64,000 bases of DNA. Origin: Bacteroidota bacterium (GTDB lineage: Bacteria; Bacteroidota; Bacteroidia; Chitinophagales; Chitinophagaceae). The DNA lies in assembly GCA_025363385.1 (NCBI GenBank), contig JANYEA010000105.1, positions 25,038 to 89,037 of the forward strand. Reading direction: 5' to 3'. Shown here in pieces: positions 38,077 to 47,955 of the stretch (positions are counted from its first letter, which is position 1; the number at the start of each line of letters is the position of its first letter). The translations under genes were made by a program, and so were the position numbers. A model generated the notes under the pieces. That model made no database searches and had not been told where the DNA came from. It saw only the letters and a list, made by a program, of their open reading frames with translations.

Positions 38077-39336
38077 CTACTTAAATGTGAAATCAAACGT
38101 TATAATATTTGAATTCAAATCTGTGGATTGTGTATAATGCCCATATCGAATATCCAAACTACTAAAATGCTGGTTATTTAAAACCCCCTTTGGTGGTGCA
38201 GTATGAATACCTAGGCCCACAAAATGGCTTGTTAATTCCGATAAACTATAATTACTACTATAGAATTCATCAGCTGCTGTATGCGACTTATAGGCTCCAA
38301 AATATTTACTGGCTGTTTGTGTATAGTAACGATAGAATGGAGAAATAGAAAAGAACTGAGAAACCTTGATCGGAATTTCAATATCAGCGGTATTAGATTT
38401 GATTCCCCAATCATCTTGATAATACCTGAAATAAGATCGAATCACCACTTGATCGCTCACAAAAGCATTCAATCGAAAACCAATGGGAATTTTAAAACGA
38501 CTAGAAGGCAAATTTTCTACATGCCCGGTTCCATCATTAAAATATACTCTGTGAAATGGAAGTCCCAAATATCCCGACTGTGTTACTAGGTCGAACATTA
38601 CACTAGCTTGAATGCTCTTATTAATTACCTGAGCGTAAGATAGTGAGGCTGTAAATGTATTACGAGGGCTGCTTGGTATTTCATTTTCATCATCTCCATA
38701 TGCACTTCCACTAGATAAATATCTTCTACCGCTAGCTGTTGTATAATAGGTAGGGGTACTCGAAACTATCGATGATTTTGGAATTAATTCAGATGGATAA
38801 ATCAACTTTACTTTATCAAAATAGCCACTAAATTTTGCACTGAATTCAGAGTTGGTGTTCAGCTTTTTAGAAAAGTGAAAATCTAAACCCATGGATTGAT
38901 AATTATACTCTGTTGAGAAATAAGCTCCGAATCCAAAGGTATTTCCTTTATTATTTTCTACTGTCCAATCTAATGACGGATAAACCCTTGTTCCGCCTGT
39001 TTTAGATGCACCAGTACTGGAAACATATGCAGAAGAAGCTGAAGTATGATGATCAAAACCAAGTCCGGCAGTGATGCTGTGCTTATTATGACTTTGATCC
39101 CAACCTACAAATTTCAAATCCAGTCCATTTGCAAAATCAACCACATGCTCATCCCCAATTCCACCAGTTACTGCTGAATGATTTCCGTTTTGAGAATAAT
39201 AACTGGAAACAAGATTTACTTCTTCCAGAGCTAATGGCTTTGTTTTATAAATCACTGTGTCCAGTGTGCTATTTTGTGAAAATGCTTGAAGAAATAGGGC
39301 ATAAAGACCTATCACAGTTAAACTTAATTTTTTCAT
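38077..39336 (-). CDS. DUF3570-like outer-membrane beta-barrel protein
   Basis: 419 aa. The signal peptide is MKKLSLTVIGLYALFLQAFSQ. It shows an alternating beta-strand pattern and a C-terminal FDFTFK. The call is supported by the neighbouring ApbE and DUF4266-like genes (family recalled, not searched). Confidence 0.6.
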   Translation of the reverse strand: MKKLSLTVIGLYALFLQAFSQNSTLDTVIYKTKPLALEEVNLVSSYYSQNGNHSAVTGGIGDEHVVDFANGLDLKFVGWDQSHNKHSITAGLGFDHHTSASSAYVSSTGASKTGGTRVYPSLDWTVENNKGNTFGFGAYFSTEYNYQSMGLDFHFSKKLNTNSEFSAKFSGYFDKVKLIYPSELIPKSSIVSSTPTYYTTASGRRYLSSGSAYGDDENEIPSSPRNTFTASLSYAQVINKSIQASVMFDLVTQSGYLGLPFHRVYFNDGTGHVENLPSSRFKIPIGFRLNAFVSDQVVIRSYFRYYQDDWGIKSNTADIEIPIKVSQFFSISPFYRYYTQTASKYFGAYKSHTAADEFYSSNYSLSELTSHFVGLGIHTAPPKGVLNNQHFSSLDIRYGHYTQSTDLNSNIITFDFTFK

Positions 39337-39363
39337 TTTTGAATCTTAAAAAATTGAATTGAT

Positions 39364-39591
39364 TTAATTACACCCACATCCTCCACCGGTTTTGCCACCA
39401 TTGGCTCCGGCTGAACCTTCACGGTAGTTTTGTGCATTCAATTCATTTTTTTGAGATCTCCTACTTGATAATACCATGTCTGCATCGTTCAATTTGTTTT
39501 TTTGGTACTCTTTTACCTGAACACAGGAGTCGAATACTAAAATAAAACTGAGTGCAGCAATGGCTAAGAACAAAGGGGGTCGATTTTTCAT
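39364..39591 (-). CDS. DUF4266-like small lipoprotein
   Basis: The ATG at 39591 gives MKNRPPLFLAIAALSFILVFDSC, a lipobox. The Gly-rich C-terminus ends in GGKTGGGCGCN. The gene sits between the ApbE and DUF3570 genes. Confidence 0.6.
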   Translation of the reverse strand: MKNRPPLFLAIAALSFILVFDSCVQVKEYQKNKLNDADMVLSSRRSQKNELNAQNYREGSAGANGGKTGGGCGCN

Positions 39592-39601
39592 GATTGCTGG
39601 T

Positions 39602-40558
39602 TTATTTGAAATGTAAATTGCTTGAAGTATAAAGCTGATTGTTATCATCAATAATGATGGCTTCAATTTGTTTGATTTGATTGATCAAGGCTAATCCGGC
39701 TTCAATTCCCATAATTGTAACAGGTGTTGCCATTGCATCTGCAATTTCTGCATTAGGTGAAATTATTGTAACACTTTTAATTCCCGTCACAGGCAGCCCA
39801 GTTCTTGGGTTAATTGTATGCGAAAATTTTTTTCCCTTAATCATGATGAACTTCTCATAATTACCAGAAGTAGCCACAGCCATATCTGTAACATTCATAT
39901 ATGAGAAGATAGTATTTGCAAAATTCGGGTGTACTATTCCAATTGTCCAGGCAGTTCCATCTGGTTGATACCCCCAGGTGGTTAAATCGCCAGAAGCATT
40001 CACAATCCCAGCTTCCACTCCTGCTTTTTTTAAAACATATTTCGCCCTTTCAGCAGCATATCCTTTACCAATTCCCCCAAAACCAATCCGCATCCCTTTT
40101 TCACAGAGATACACTGTTTCATCCACTGTATTAATGATGATATTCCTGTAGTTAATTAACCGAACCATTTTTTTTGCTGTTGCAGCATCAGGTAACGATT
40201 GCAAAGTGGTATCAAAATTCCATAAGCTTTTATCTACTGAACCATAACTAATATCAAAAGCTCCCTGTGTAATTTCCGAAATTCGAATTGATCGCTGAAT
40301 TAATTGAATGGTTTCAGCAGATACACTAACAGGTTTTATACCTGCATGCTGGTTGATCAGATTTGTTTCACTGTGGTCGTTGTAAGTTGTCAATAATTTT
40401 TCAATACGTTGAATTTCAATAACTGCTAATTCAATTTTTTCAAGCGCCCACAATTCATCCTGGGCAACTACACTTATTTCAAAGTTGTTTCCCATCAAAA
40501 AAAGCCCTTTCTTAAAAACTTGCTTTGCTGCCATTATTAAATATCTTATCAGAATCAA
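39602..40558 (-). CDS. apbE: FAD:protein FMN transferase (ApbE family)
   Basis: 318 aa (alternative ATG at 40534). It has an ApbE-like N-terminus LMGNNFEISV, and the motifs FDISYG, GFGGIGKGYAA, ATSGNYEKF and HTINPRTG. Confidence 0.85.
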   Translation of the reverse strand: MILIRYLIMAAKQVFKKGLFLMGNNFEISVVAQDELWALEKIELAVIEIQRIEKLLTTYNDHSETNLINQHAGIKPVSVSAETIQLIQRSIRISEITQGAFDISYGSVDKSLWNFDTTLQSLPDAATAKKMVRLINYRNIIINTVDETVYLCEKGMRIGFGGIGKGYAAERAKYVLKKAGVEAGIVNASGDLTTWGYQPDGTAWTIGIVHPNFANTIFSYMNVTDMAVATSGNYEKFIMIKGKKFSHTINPRTGLPVTGIKSVTIISPNAEIADAMATPVTIMGIEAGLALINQIKQIEAIIIDDNNQLYTSSNLHFK

Positions 40559-40714
40559 TTAACCACAGAATCTGCATTCATTACTATTGCAAATAGAGCT
40601 AGATAAAATCAATTTAGTTGCCTCTTAAAAGTTATAAGAATGATAAAAGCTTGTGAATAGTTAAAAAACATTTAAATAAATGAAGCCATTTTTCAGTTTT
40701 TCTACAGATTTAAA

Positions 40715-41416
40715 GTGGTATTTTGTAAAAAAACTGGTTTGAAACTGCTAATCGTTGAAGACGAATTCTCATTAAGGCAAAGCATGATCGAATTCCTGAC
40801 TGCCAGTTCTTATTTGTGTGAATCCAGTTCCAATTATCATGACGCATTAGAAAAAATCGAATTGTATGATTACGATTGTATTATTTTAGACATCATGCTT
40901 CCAGACGGATCTGGTTTAGATTTATTAAAAAACCTTAAGCAAAATAATAAAACAGATGGTATTATTATCATTTCTGCAAAAGGTGAATTAGACGATAAAA
41001 TCAATGGTATTGAAATGGGTGCCGATGATTATTTAGCCAAACCCTTTCATTTATCAGAATTGTCCGTTCGGGTTTCATCCATTATAAGAAGGAAAAGTTT
41101 TCAGGGTATGTCGCAAATGATCATTGGAAACATTTCGATCGATATTCAGGCGAAACGCGTAATGGTTGAAAACAAAGAATTGGATCTAACTCAAAAAGAG
41201 TATCAATTACTTATTTATTTAGCAATCAATAAAAATAGGGTTCTATCAAAAAATGCCATTGCTCAACATTTGTGGGGCGATGATATGGATTTCCCTGATA
41301 ATTTCGATTTCATTTACGCGCATATCAAAAATCTTAGGAAAAAAATGATAGCCGCAGGTAGTGAAGATTGTATTCGTTCTATTTATGGCGAAGGATATAA
41401 AATGCAAATAGCATGA
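40715..41416 (+). CDS. OmpR/PhoB-family response regulator
   Basis: The receiver domain is LKLLIVEDE...IILDIMLPDGSG...ADDYLAKPF. The C-terminal winged helix is LTQKEYQLLIYLAINKNRVLSK...IRSIYGEGYK. The exact start is uncertain (GTG at 40715 or a downstream TTG). Confidence 0.9.
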   Translation: MVFCKKTGLKLLIVEDEFSLRQSMIEFLTASSYLCESSSNYHDALEKIELYDYDCIILDIMLPDGSGLDLLKNLKQNNKTDGIIIISAKGELDDKINGIEMGADDYLAKPFHLSELSVRVSSIIRRKSFQGMSQMIIGNISIDIQAKRVMVENKELDLTQKEYQLLIYLAINKNRVLSKNAIAQHLWGDDMDFPDNFDFIYAHIKNLRKKMIAAGSEDCIRSIYGEGYKMQIA

Positions 41417-42663
41417 AGCTTTTTACAAAATATAACCGAATCAATATAACCGCTACCATTTGTATTTTTTTAGCAGGGAGTGTTGCATTCTATTTTGTTC
41501 TCTACTATGTTCTGATCAGACAGCTAGATGCATCCCTTAAATCTGAAAAGCAAGAAATTGCAGAATATATTCAATCGCATCATCAACTTCCAGAAATTCA
41601 AAACACAAAGGAACAGTGGATCCAAATTATTAAAACAGATCAACGCGAAACGTTTGATATAAAAAGATCAATCCCTGTATATAATAAATCAGAGGATGAA
41701 ACCGAATATATCCGTCAGTTAATATTTCAGGTATCGGTAAATAAGGAAAGCTTTTTAGTTACGGTTAATAAATCGGAGACTGAAACAGATGAATTACTAA
41801 AACTCATTATTCTGGTTACACTAAGTATGGTAGCCATGATCTTATTATTTAACTACCTCATCAATCGTAGACTTATCAGTTCCATTTGGCAGCCTTTTTA
41901 TAATACAATCAATAATATCAAAGATTACGCTGCTAATCAGCAAGCCTTAAAACTTAGTAAAGAACCCATAGACGAAATAAACTTATTAAATGAAAGTTTA
42001 AATAGTATGACCGAGCAAATACATAAAGATTTTTATGCACTTCGCTCTTTCACTGAAAATGCTTCTCATGAAATGCAAACACCACTTGCAATTATTCGTT
42101 CTAAAGTTGAATCTCTATACCAGATTGCAGAAGGCAAAGAAATAATGATGCAACAACTACTGGCAATTGAAGATGCCTGTTTAAAGCTTTCAAAATTGCA
42201 TCAGTCGTTACTATTACTCACTAAACTTGAAAACAAACAGTTTATTTTAAACGAATCAATTCAACTGCAAACTATTCTTGTTCAAAAATGTGAAGAAAGA
42301 AAAGAATTATTTCAGTCTAAACAAATAGAACTACTTCTTAACGCTACTGATTTTAATATACACTTTCATCAACATCTGGCTGAAATATTAATTAGTAATC
42401 TTTTAAATAATGCCATTAGGTATACTGCTGCTGGCGGGACTATTTCAATTGAGTTGAATCAAAATTTTCTGATAGTATCAAATACCGCAATAGCTGGGGG
42501 TTTAGACAAAGAGAAAGTGTTTACCAGGTTTTATAAAGCTTCAGATACTGGTACTGGTTTGGGTCTTTCAATCATAAACGAAATTTGCACTAGTGCAGGA
42601 TTTACCATTACCTATCAATTCGAAAAGGAAATGCACTTTTTTAAAATAGGCTTTCAAGCTTAA
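41413..42663 (+). CDS. Sensor histidine kinase
   Basis: 416 aa with two TM helices. The H-box is FTENASHEMQTPLAII. The ATP-lid is NLLNNAIRYT...GTGLGLSI. Its start overlaps the regulator stop codon (ATGA). Confidence 0.9.
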   Translation: MKLFTKYNRINITATICIFLAGSVAFYFVLYYVLIRQLDASLKSEKQEIAEYIQSHHQLPEIQNTKEQWIQIIKTDQRETFDIKRSIPVYNKSEDETEYIRQLIFQVSVNKESFLVTVNKSETETDELLKLIILVTLSMVAMILLFNYLINRRLISSIWQPFYNTINNIKDYAANQQALKLSKEPIDEINLLNESLNSMTEQIHKDFYALRSFTENASHEMQTPLAIIRSKVESLYQIAEGKEIMMQQLLAIEDACLKLSKLHQSLLLLTKLENKQFILNESIQLQTILVQKCEERKELFQSKQIELLLNATDFNIHFHQHLAEILISNLLNNAIRYTAAGGTISIELNQNFLIVSNTAIAGGLDKEKVFTRFYKASDTGTGLGLSIINEICTSAGFTITYQFEKEMHFFKIGFQA

Positions 42664-42673
42664 AAATGTTTTG

Positions 42674-43912
42674 ATGAAAAAAATTAGATTACTGCTTTTT
42701 GTACTTTCCCTGCACTTAATTGCTTTTACACAAGAGCGCTCACTTGATTATTATATTCAGGCGGGTATTGAAAATAGTCCGCTTTTAAAAGATTTAAAGA
42801 ATCAACAAAGAGCCAATTTAATTGATAGCATGCGCATACTGGCTGGATATATGCCACAAGTAAATGCTGTGAGTTCTAATAGTTACGCACCAACCATCGG
42901 CGGGTGGGGTTATGATGGAGCAATAACGAATGGTTCCAATTTTAGTCAGCTTGTTACTGTTTCTAAGCAACTGGTAAGTAAAGAAAATCTCAAAAATCAG
43001 CATGATGCCATACTATTATTAAACGAGTCATTAAAAACGGCTGGTAAAATTTCAGAACAGGATCTTCGCAAGGCCATAACTGCACAATACATTTCTGCTT
43101 ATGGCAATTATCTGCAATTCAATTTCAATAAAGAGGTATTGCTTCTTTTTAAGAAAGAACAAAATATTTTAAAAAACCTAACTGAAAAAGGAATTTACCG
43201 ACAAACAGATTATCTCAGTTTCTTGGTAACCATGCAACAACAAGAAATTCAAATAAGTCAAATCAAGAATATATTTCAAAACGATTTTTCTTCCCTAAAT
43301 TATTTATGTGGTATTATAGACACATCTGCCGTTCCCCTGAAAAAGCCCGAAATATTTTTGTCGATTTTACCAGATGCAGAAAACTCTGTTTTTTATCAGC
43401 AATTCTTAAATGATAGTTTAAGGCTTCATAATAGTGATGCACTCATTGATTATCGTTATAAACCAAAAGTAAATATATACGGCGATGGCGGATACCTCAC
43501 CTCTTTCTCGGCTCAAGCCTATAAAAATTTTGGGGTTAGTGTGGGTGTCAATCTTCTTGTACCTATCTACGATGGAAGGCAGAAGAAAATGCAACACGAT
43601 AAAATTGGGATTGCAGAACAAAGCAGGCAGCAATACCGAGACTATTTCAAAACGCAATACAGTCAACAAATATCTCAGCTATTACAGCAACTACATGCTG
43701 CTGAAGAGATGGTTCATCAATCTGAGGGTCAAATAAAATACGCAGAAACCCTCATTGAAGCAAATCAGAAATTATTAGAAACAGGTGATGCACATATGGC
43801 AGACTATATTCTTGCCATTGGGAATTTTATGAACGCAAAAAACATCATTACATTAAATAGTATCAATCAATTACAAATCATTAACCAGATTAATTACTGG
43901 AATAGAAAATAA
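42674..43912 (+). CDS. TolC-family outer-membrane efflux protein
   Basis: About 412 aa with a signal peptide. The N-terminus SLDYYIQAGIENSPLLKDL is typical of TolC-like proteins. It is the first gene of the efflux operon. Confidence 0.85.
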   Translation: MKKIRLLLFVLSLHLIAFTQERSLDYYIQAGIENSPLLKDLKNQQRANLIDSMRILAGYMPQVNAVSSNSYAPTIGGWGYDGAITNGSNFSQLVTVSKQLVSKENLKNQHDAILLLNESLKTAGKISEQDLRKAITAQYISAYGNYLQFNFNKEVLLLFKKEQNILKNLTEKGIYRQTDYLSFLVTMQQQEIQISQIKNIFQNDFSSLNYLCGIIDTSAVPLKKPEIFLSILPDAENSVFYQQFLNDSLRLHNSDALIDYRYKPKVNIYGDGGYLTSFSAQAYKNFGVSVGVNLLVPIYDGRQKKMQHDKIGIAEQSRQQYRDYFKTQYSQQISQLLQQLHAAEEMVHQSEGQIKYAETLIEANQKLLETGDAHMADYILAIGNFMNAKNIITLNSINQLQIINQINYWNRK

Positions 43913-43916
43913 TATT

Positions 43917-44855
43917 ATGAAAGTATCAAAATACCTGTACTCTTTCATCGCTTACTTCTGTTTTATGGCAGCATGTAAACCATCTCCTGAAAAAGTAGAA
44001 AAGCCTACTGAAGAGAAAAACGAAGCAATTAGTACACCCGTAACTATTACATCTCCAAGTAATGGAAATCTAAGCGAATCGGTAGAACTAAATGCAGTAT
44101 CTGCCTTTCTGTTAAAGAGCTATGTGAAATCATCATCCAATGGATACCTGCAAGAAGTAAATGCCAGTTTGGGGAAATTTGTAAATAAGGGAGATCTTTT
44201 ATTCTCGATTAAAACGAAAGAGTCTCAAAGTCTCGGAAATACCATCAGCAAGCTGGATACGTCGCTTCATTTTTCTGGTTCAATAGCAATTAAATCTCCA
44301 GGCACTGGTTATATCACTCAAATAAATTATAGGGCTGGCGACTATGTACAAGATGGAGAGCAAATGGCCATTATTACAGATACCAAGAGCTTTGTTTTCT
44401 TACTCGATCTTCCCTATGAACTAAAACCTTATCTATCCATTTATCAAAATCTTCAATTGAAATTACCAGATGGTACAACAATGGATGGTATAGTAAGCAA
44501 CGCAATGCCCACTGTTGATGCAGTATCACAAACGCAAAGTTTTGTCATTAAAATAAATAGCAGTAAACAGATACCTGAAAATTTAATTGCAAAAGTTAGT
44601 TTGGTAAAATCGGCTAAATCAAATACGGTTTCTCTATTAAAAACAGCAGTATTATCCGATGAAACTCAAACCGAATTCTGGATTATGCAATTGATCGATA
44701 GTGTAACCGCAGTAAAAGTTCCTATTAAGAAAGGTTTAGAAAATGCAACAAGTGTTGAAATCTTATCGCCTGTTTTAAAAACGAGTGATAAAATTTTACT
44801 GACAGGTAATTATGGTTTACCAGATACAGCAAAAGTTACTATTATTCAAAAATGA
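43917..44855 (+). CDS. Efflux RND periplasmic adaptor (MFP) lipoprotein
   Basis: 312 aa. The lipobox is CFMAAC. Lipoyl-like segments (GYLQEVNASLGKFVNKGDLLFSI, GYITQINYRAGDYVQDGEQMAII) are present. Confidence 0.8.
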   Translation: MKVSKYLYSFIAYFCFMAACKPSPEKVEKPTEEKNEAISTPVTITSPSNGNLSESVELNAVSAFLLKSYVKSSSNGYLQEVNASLGKFVNKGDLLFSIKTKESQSLGNTISKLDTSLHFSGSIAIKSPGTGYITQINYRAGDYVQDGEQMAIITDTKSFVFLLDLPYELKPYLSIYQNLQLKLPDGTTMDGIVSNAMPTVDAVSQTQSFVIKINSSKQIPENLIAKVSLVKSAKSNTVSLLKTAVLSDETQTEFWIMQLIDSVTAVKVPIKKGLENATSVEILSPVLKTSDKILLTGNYGLPDTAKVTIIQK

Positions 44856-47800
44856 CCTCTATGCGAAACTTTTTTAAATCCTATAAAAACCCTGTAACAG
44901 TTCTGGTTGTAATTATTTTATTGGGAGGTTTTTTTGCCTATAGTAAACTTCAAACTGCTTTATTTCCAGAAATTACTTTTCCGAAAATTAAAATCATCGC
45001 AGACGCTGGTCAGCAACCAGTAAAGAAAATGATGATCACGGTAACACGTCAACTGGAAAATGCAATCAAACAAGTTCCTGATTTACAAAGAATCAGAAGT
45101 ACTACCAGCAGGGGTTCTTGTGAGATCTCTGCCTATATGGATTGGAACGCGAATATCGATATCAGTAAACAACGAATAGAATCAAAGATTAATGAAATAA
45201 AAAATACCCTACCCCCGGATATACAGATAACAGTAGAAAGAATGAATCCTTCTATTCTGCCCATTACCGGATTTTCTTTAGAAAGTAAAAGCAGATCACC
45301 AATAGAAATGAAGCTCTTGGCGATGTACACCATAAAACCTTTTTTATCGCAGGTAGAAGGCGTTTCAGAAATACGCATCATCGGTGGTAAACAAAAAGAA
45401 TATTGGATGGTCTTGAATGTACAAAAAATGAGCAGTTTAGCAGTAACTCCAGAAATGGTAAATACTGCTTTAACGCAAACCAACTTTATAAAATCAAATG
45501 GTTATTTATCAGATTATCGTTTGTTATATCTCACCGTTACAGACGCTGCCGTAAGTTCAAAAGAACAACTCAGTAATATTGTACTAAGTAATAACGGGAA
45601 GCGAATTATTTTATTAAAAGATATTGCCGATGTTCAAATTCAGGAAGCAAAAGAATACATTAAAGTAAATGCAAACGGACAGGAAGGTATATTACTAGCA
45701 GTTATTAAACAACCCAATTCAAATCTGGTTGATCTGAGTGAAAAGATGGACCAGAAATTAAAAGAGCTTAAAAAAATTATTCCTAAAGATGTAACCATAC
45801 AGCCATTTTATGTACAAGCGGATTTTGTAAAAGAAAGTATTAAAAGTGTTACCGATAGTTTATTTGTTGGATTAGCCTTGGCAATAATTGTAGCAATTAT
45901 TTTTCTTCGATCACTCAAAGCAAGTTCTGTAATTCTCATTACTATACCTGTTATTTTATGTCTTTCCGTTATTTGTTTATATGTAATTGGGCAAACATTG
46001 AATATTATGACATTGGGTGCATTAGCTGCAGCCATAGGATTAATTATTGATGATGCAATTGTGGTGGTGGAGCAAATTCATCGAACCCATGAAGAACATC
46101 CTGAAGAGCCAACTAATACCCTTGTAAAAAAAGCACTTAATTATTTACTACCCGCAATGGTAGGTTCATCTCTGAGTACCATTGTTATTTTTTTACCCTT
46201 TGTTTTAATGAGTGGTGTGGCAGGTGCTTATTTTAAAGTAATGACGGATACTATGATCATTACTTTAGTGTGCAGTTTTTTTGTTACCTGGATAGTTTTA
46301 CCTGTGATTTATTTACGCTTATCGAGCAAGGTGAATACAGTTAAGAAGAAACAATCGCAACACCATGTTCATAATCAGAAATGGGTTGGTTTCTTTATTA
46401 CCAAACCTTATCTCAGCTTAATTATCATAGCAGCACTGGCCTTTTCTGTTTATTATATTTATCCTAAACTGGAAACCGGATTCTTACCTGAAATGGATGA
46501 GGGAAGTATTGTATTGGATTATAATTCGCCACCCGGAACCTCATTAGAAGAAACCGATCGAATATTACGAGAAGTTGAAAAAATCCTGGTGAAAATTCCC
46601 GAAGTGGAAGCATATAGCAGAAGAACCGGAACACAAATGGGATTCTTCATTACCGAACCAAACCGAGGTGATTATTTGATTCAATTAAAAAAATCAAGAA
46701 CAAAAACAACTGAAGAAGTAATCAGTGATATCAGAAAACAGATTGAATCTACACAACCTGCTTTAAGAATTGATTTTGGTCAGGTAATTGGAGATATGCT
46801 AGGAGATTTGATGACTTCAGTGCAGCCCATTGAAGTAAAAGTTTTTGGAAATGACCAGGCTACACTTCAAACGCTTTCCAAAAAAATTGCTGATATCATT
46901 AGTAAAGTGGAGGGAAGTGCAGATGTTTTTGATGGTATAGTGATTGCTGGACCATCTATTAATATTGAGCCTAACTATAGTGCTATGGCACAATATGGTA
47001 TTACTGCATCTAATTTGCAATTTCAAATGCAATCATCATTAGAAGGTAATTTAGTGGGAACTGTATATGATAAAGATCAGTTGAGTAATCTTCGTTTAAT
47101 ATACCCTGGCAGTAAAACGCTGAGTGTTGCAGATATAGAAAAGACACCCATTTTCTTACCTGGCGGAAAATTGCATCCGATCAATCAATTAGCAAGTATA
47201 CATATCAATAATGGCGATGCAGAAATACAAAGAGAAGATCTGCAATCGATGGGTGTGGTTACTGCAAGATTGGAAAATAGAGATTTGGGTAGTACTATTA
47301 AAGATATACAAAAATCAATCCAGAAGAATGTTACTTTACCTCAGGGTTATGCAATTGTATATGGCGGCTCCTATGCAGATCAACAACAATCGTTCAAAGA
47401 ATTACTCATTATTTTAATCAGTTCAAGCCTTTTGGTTTTTGGCGTGATTTTATTCCTTTTCAAAGATTTCAGTATTGCTATAATCATTTTATCAATAGCC
47501 GTTTTAGGTATTAGCGGAAGTTATATGGGATTATATTTTACAGGTACCGCTTTGAACGTAGGTAGTTATACCGGTTTGATCATGATTGTGGGGATCATTG
47601 GAGAAAACGCCATATTTACTTTCCTGCAATTTCGAGAATCCTTGAAGCTATTGAATAATGTAGATGAAGCGATCATTTATAGTATCTCAACTAGGCTTAG
47701 GCCCAAATTAATGACAGCTTTAGGCGCTATTATTGCATTACTTCCTATTGCAATGGGAATTGGAACAGGTGCCCAATTACACCAACCCCTGGCAATTGCT

Positions 47801-47923
47801 GTAATTGGGGGGTTCATAATAGCTCTTCCCCTATTATTGATTGTTTTGCCCAGTTTGATTCGATTACTTTACCAAAATAAAAAGTCAATTACCCCAGATT
47901 CAGAATTGCTACAAAATGCATAA
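44852..47923 (+). CDS. Efflux RND transporter permease subunit
   Basis: 1023 aa with a 12-TM RND architecture. Motifs include LFPEITFPKIKI and GLIIDDAIVVVE. Its start overlaps the adaptor stop codon. Confidence 0.9.
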   Translation: MTSMRNFFKSYKNPVTVLVVIILLGGFFAYSKLQTALFPEITFPKIKIIADAGQQPVKKMMITVTRQLENAIKQVPDLQRIRSTTSRGSCEISAYMDWNANIDISKQRIESKINEIKNTLPPDIQITVERMNPSILPITGFSLESKSRSPIEMKLLAMYTIKPFLSQVEGVSEIRIIGGKQKEYWMVLNVQKMSSLAVTPEMVNTALTQTNFIKSNGYLSDYRLLYLTVTDAAVSSKEQLSNIVLSNNGKRIILLKDIADVQIQEAKEYIKVNANGQEGILLAVIKQPNSNLVDLSEKMDQKLKELKKIIPKDVTIQPFYVQADFVKESIKSVTDSLFVGLALAIIVAIIFLRSLKASSVILITIPVILCLSVICLYVIGQTLNIMTLGALAAAIGLIIDDAIVVVEQIHRTHEEHPEEPTNTLVKKALNYLLPAMVGSSLSTIVIFLPFVLMSGVAGAYFKVMTDTMIITLVCSFFVTWIVLPVIYLRLSSKVNTVKKKQSQHHVHNQKWVGFFITKPYLSLIIIAALAFSVYYIYPKLETGFLPEMDEGSIVLDYNSPPGTSLEETDRILREVEKILVKIPEVEAYSRRTGTQMGFFITEPNRGDYLIQLKKSRTKTTEEVISDIRKQIESTQPALRIDFGQVIGDMLGDLMTSVQPIEVKVFGNDQATLQTLSKKIADIISKVEGSADVFDGIVIAGPSINIEPNYSAMAQYGITASNLQFQMQSSLEGNLVGTVYDKDQLSNLRLIYPGSKTLSVADIEKTPIFLPGGKLHPINQLASIHINNGDAEIQREDLQSMGVVTARLENRDLGSTIKDIQKSIQKNVTLPQGYAIVYGGSYADQQQSFKELLIILISSSLLVFGVILFLFKDFSIAIIILSIAVLGISGSYMGLYFTGTALNVGSYTGLIMIVGIIGENAIFTFLQFRESLKLLNNVDEAIIYSISTRLRPKLMTALGAIIALLPIAMGIGTGAQLHQPLAIAVIGGFIIALPLLLIVLPSLIRLLYQNKKSITPDSELLQNA

Positions 47924-47955
47924 TTAAGTTTGGATTTAAAATCAAAAAACATCAT

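Noticed and set aside
37770-38096. ORF-track entries 37770-37982 (plus strand, 70 aa) and 37902-38096 (minus strand, 64 aa) as real genes.
   Set aside because: The sequences are not protein-like, and the two overlap each other. The second also runs through the strong terminator at 38031-38060 and into the 3' end of the DUF3570 gene. I treated the region as non-coding and reported it as a finding instead.
41413-47923. Assigning the RND pump specifically to heavy-metal efflux (CzcA/CusA).
   Set aside because: The OMP-first gene order and the linked two-component system are suggestive. However, I cannot identify the diagnostic metal-binding residues by eye, so I kept the generic RND call.
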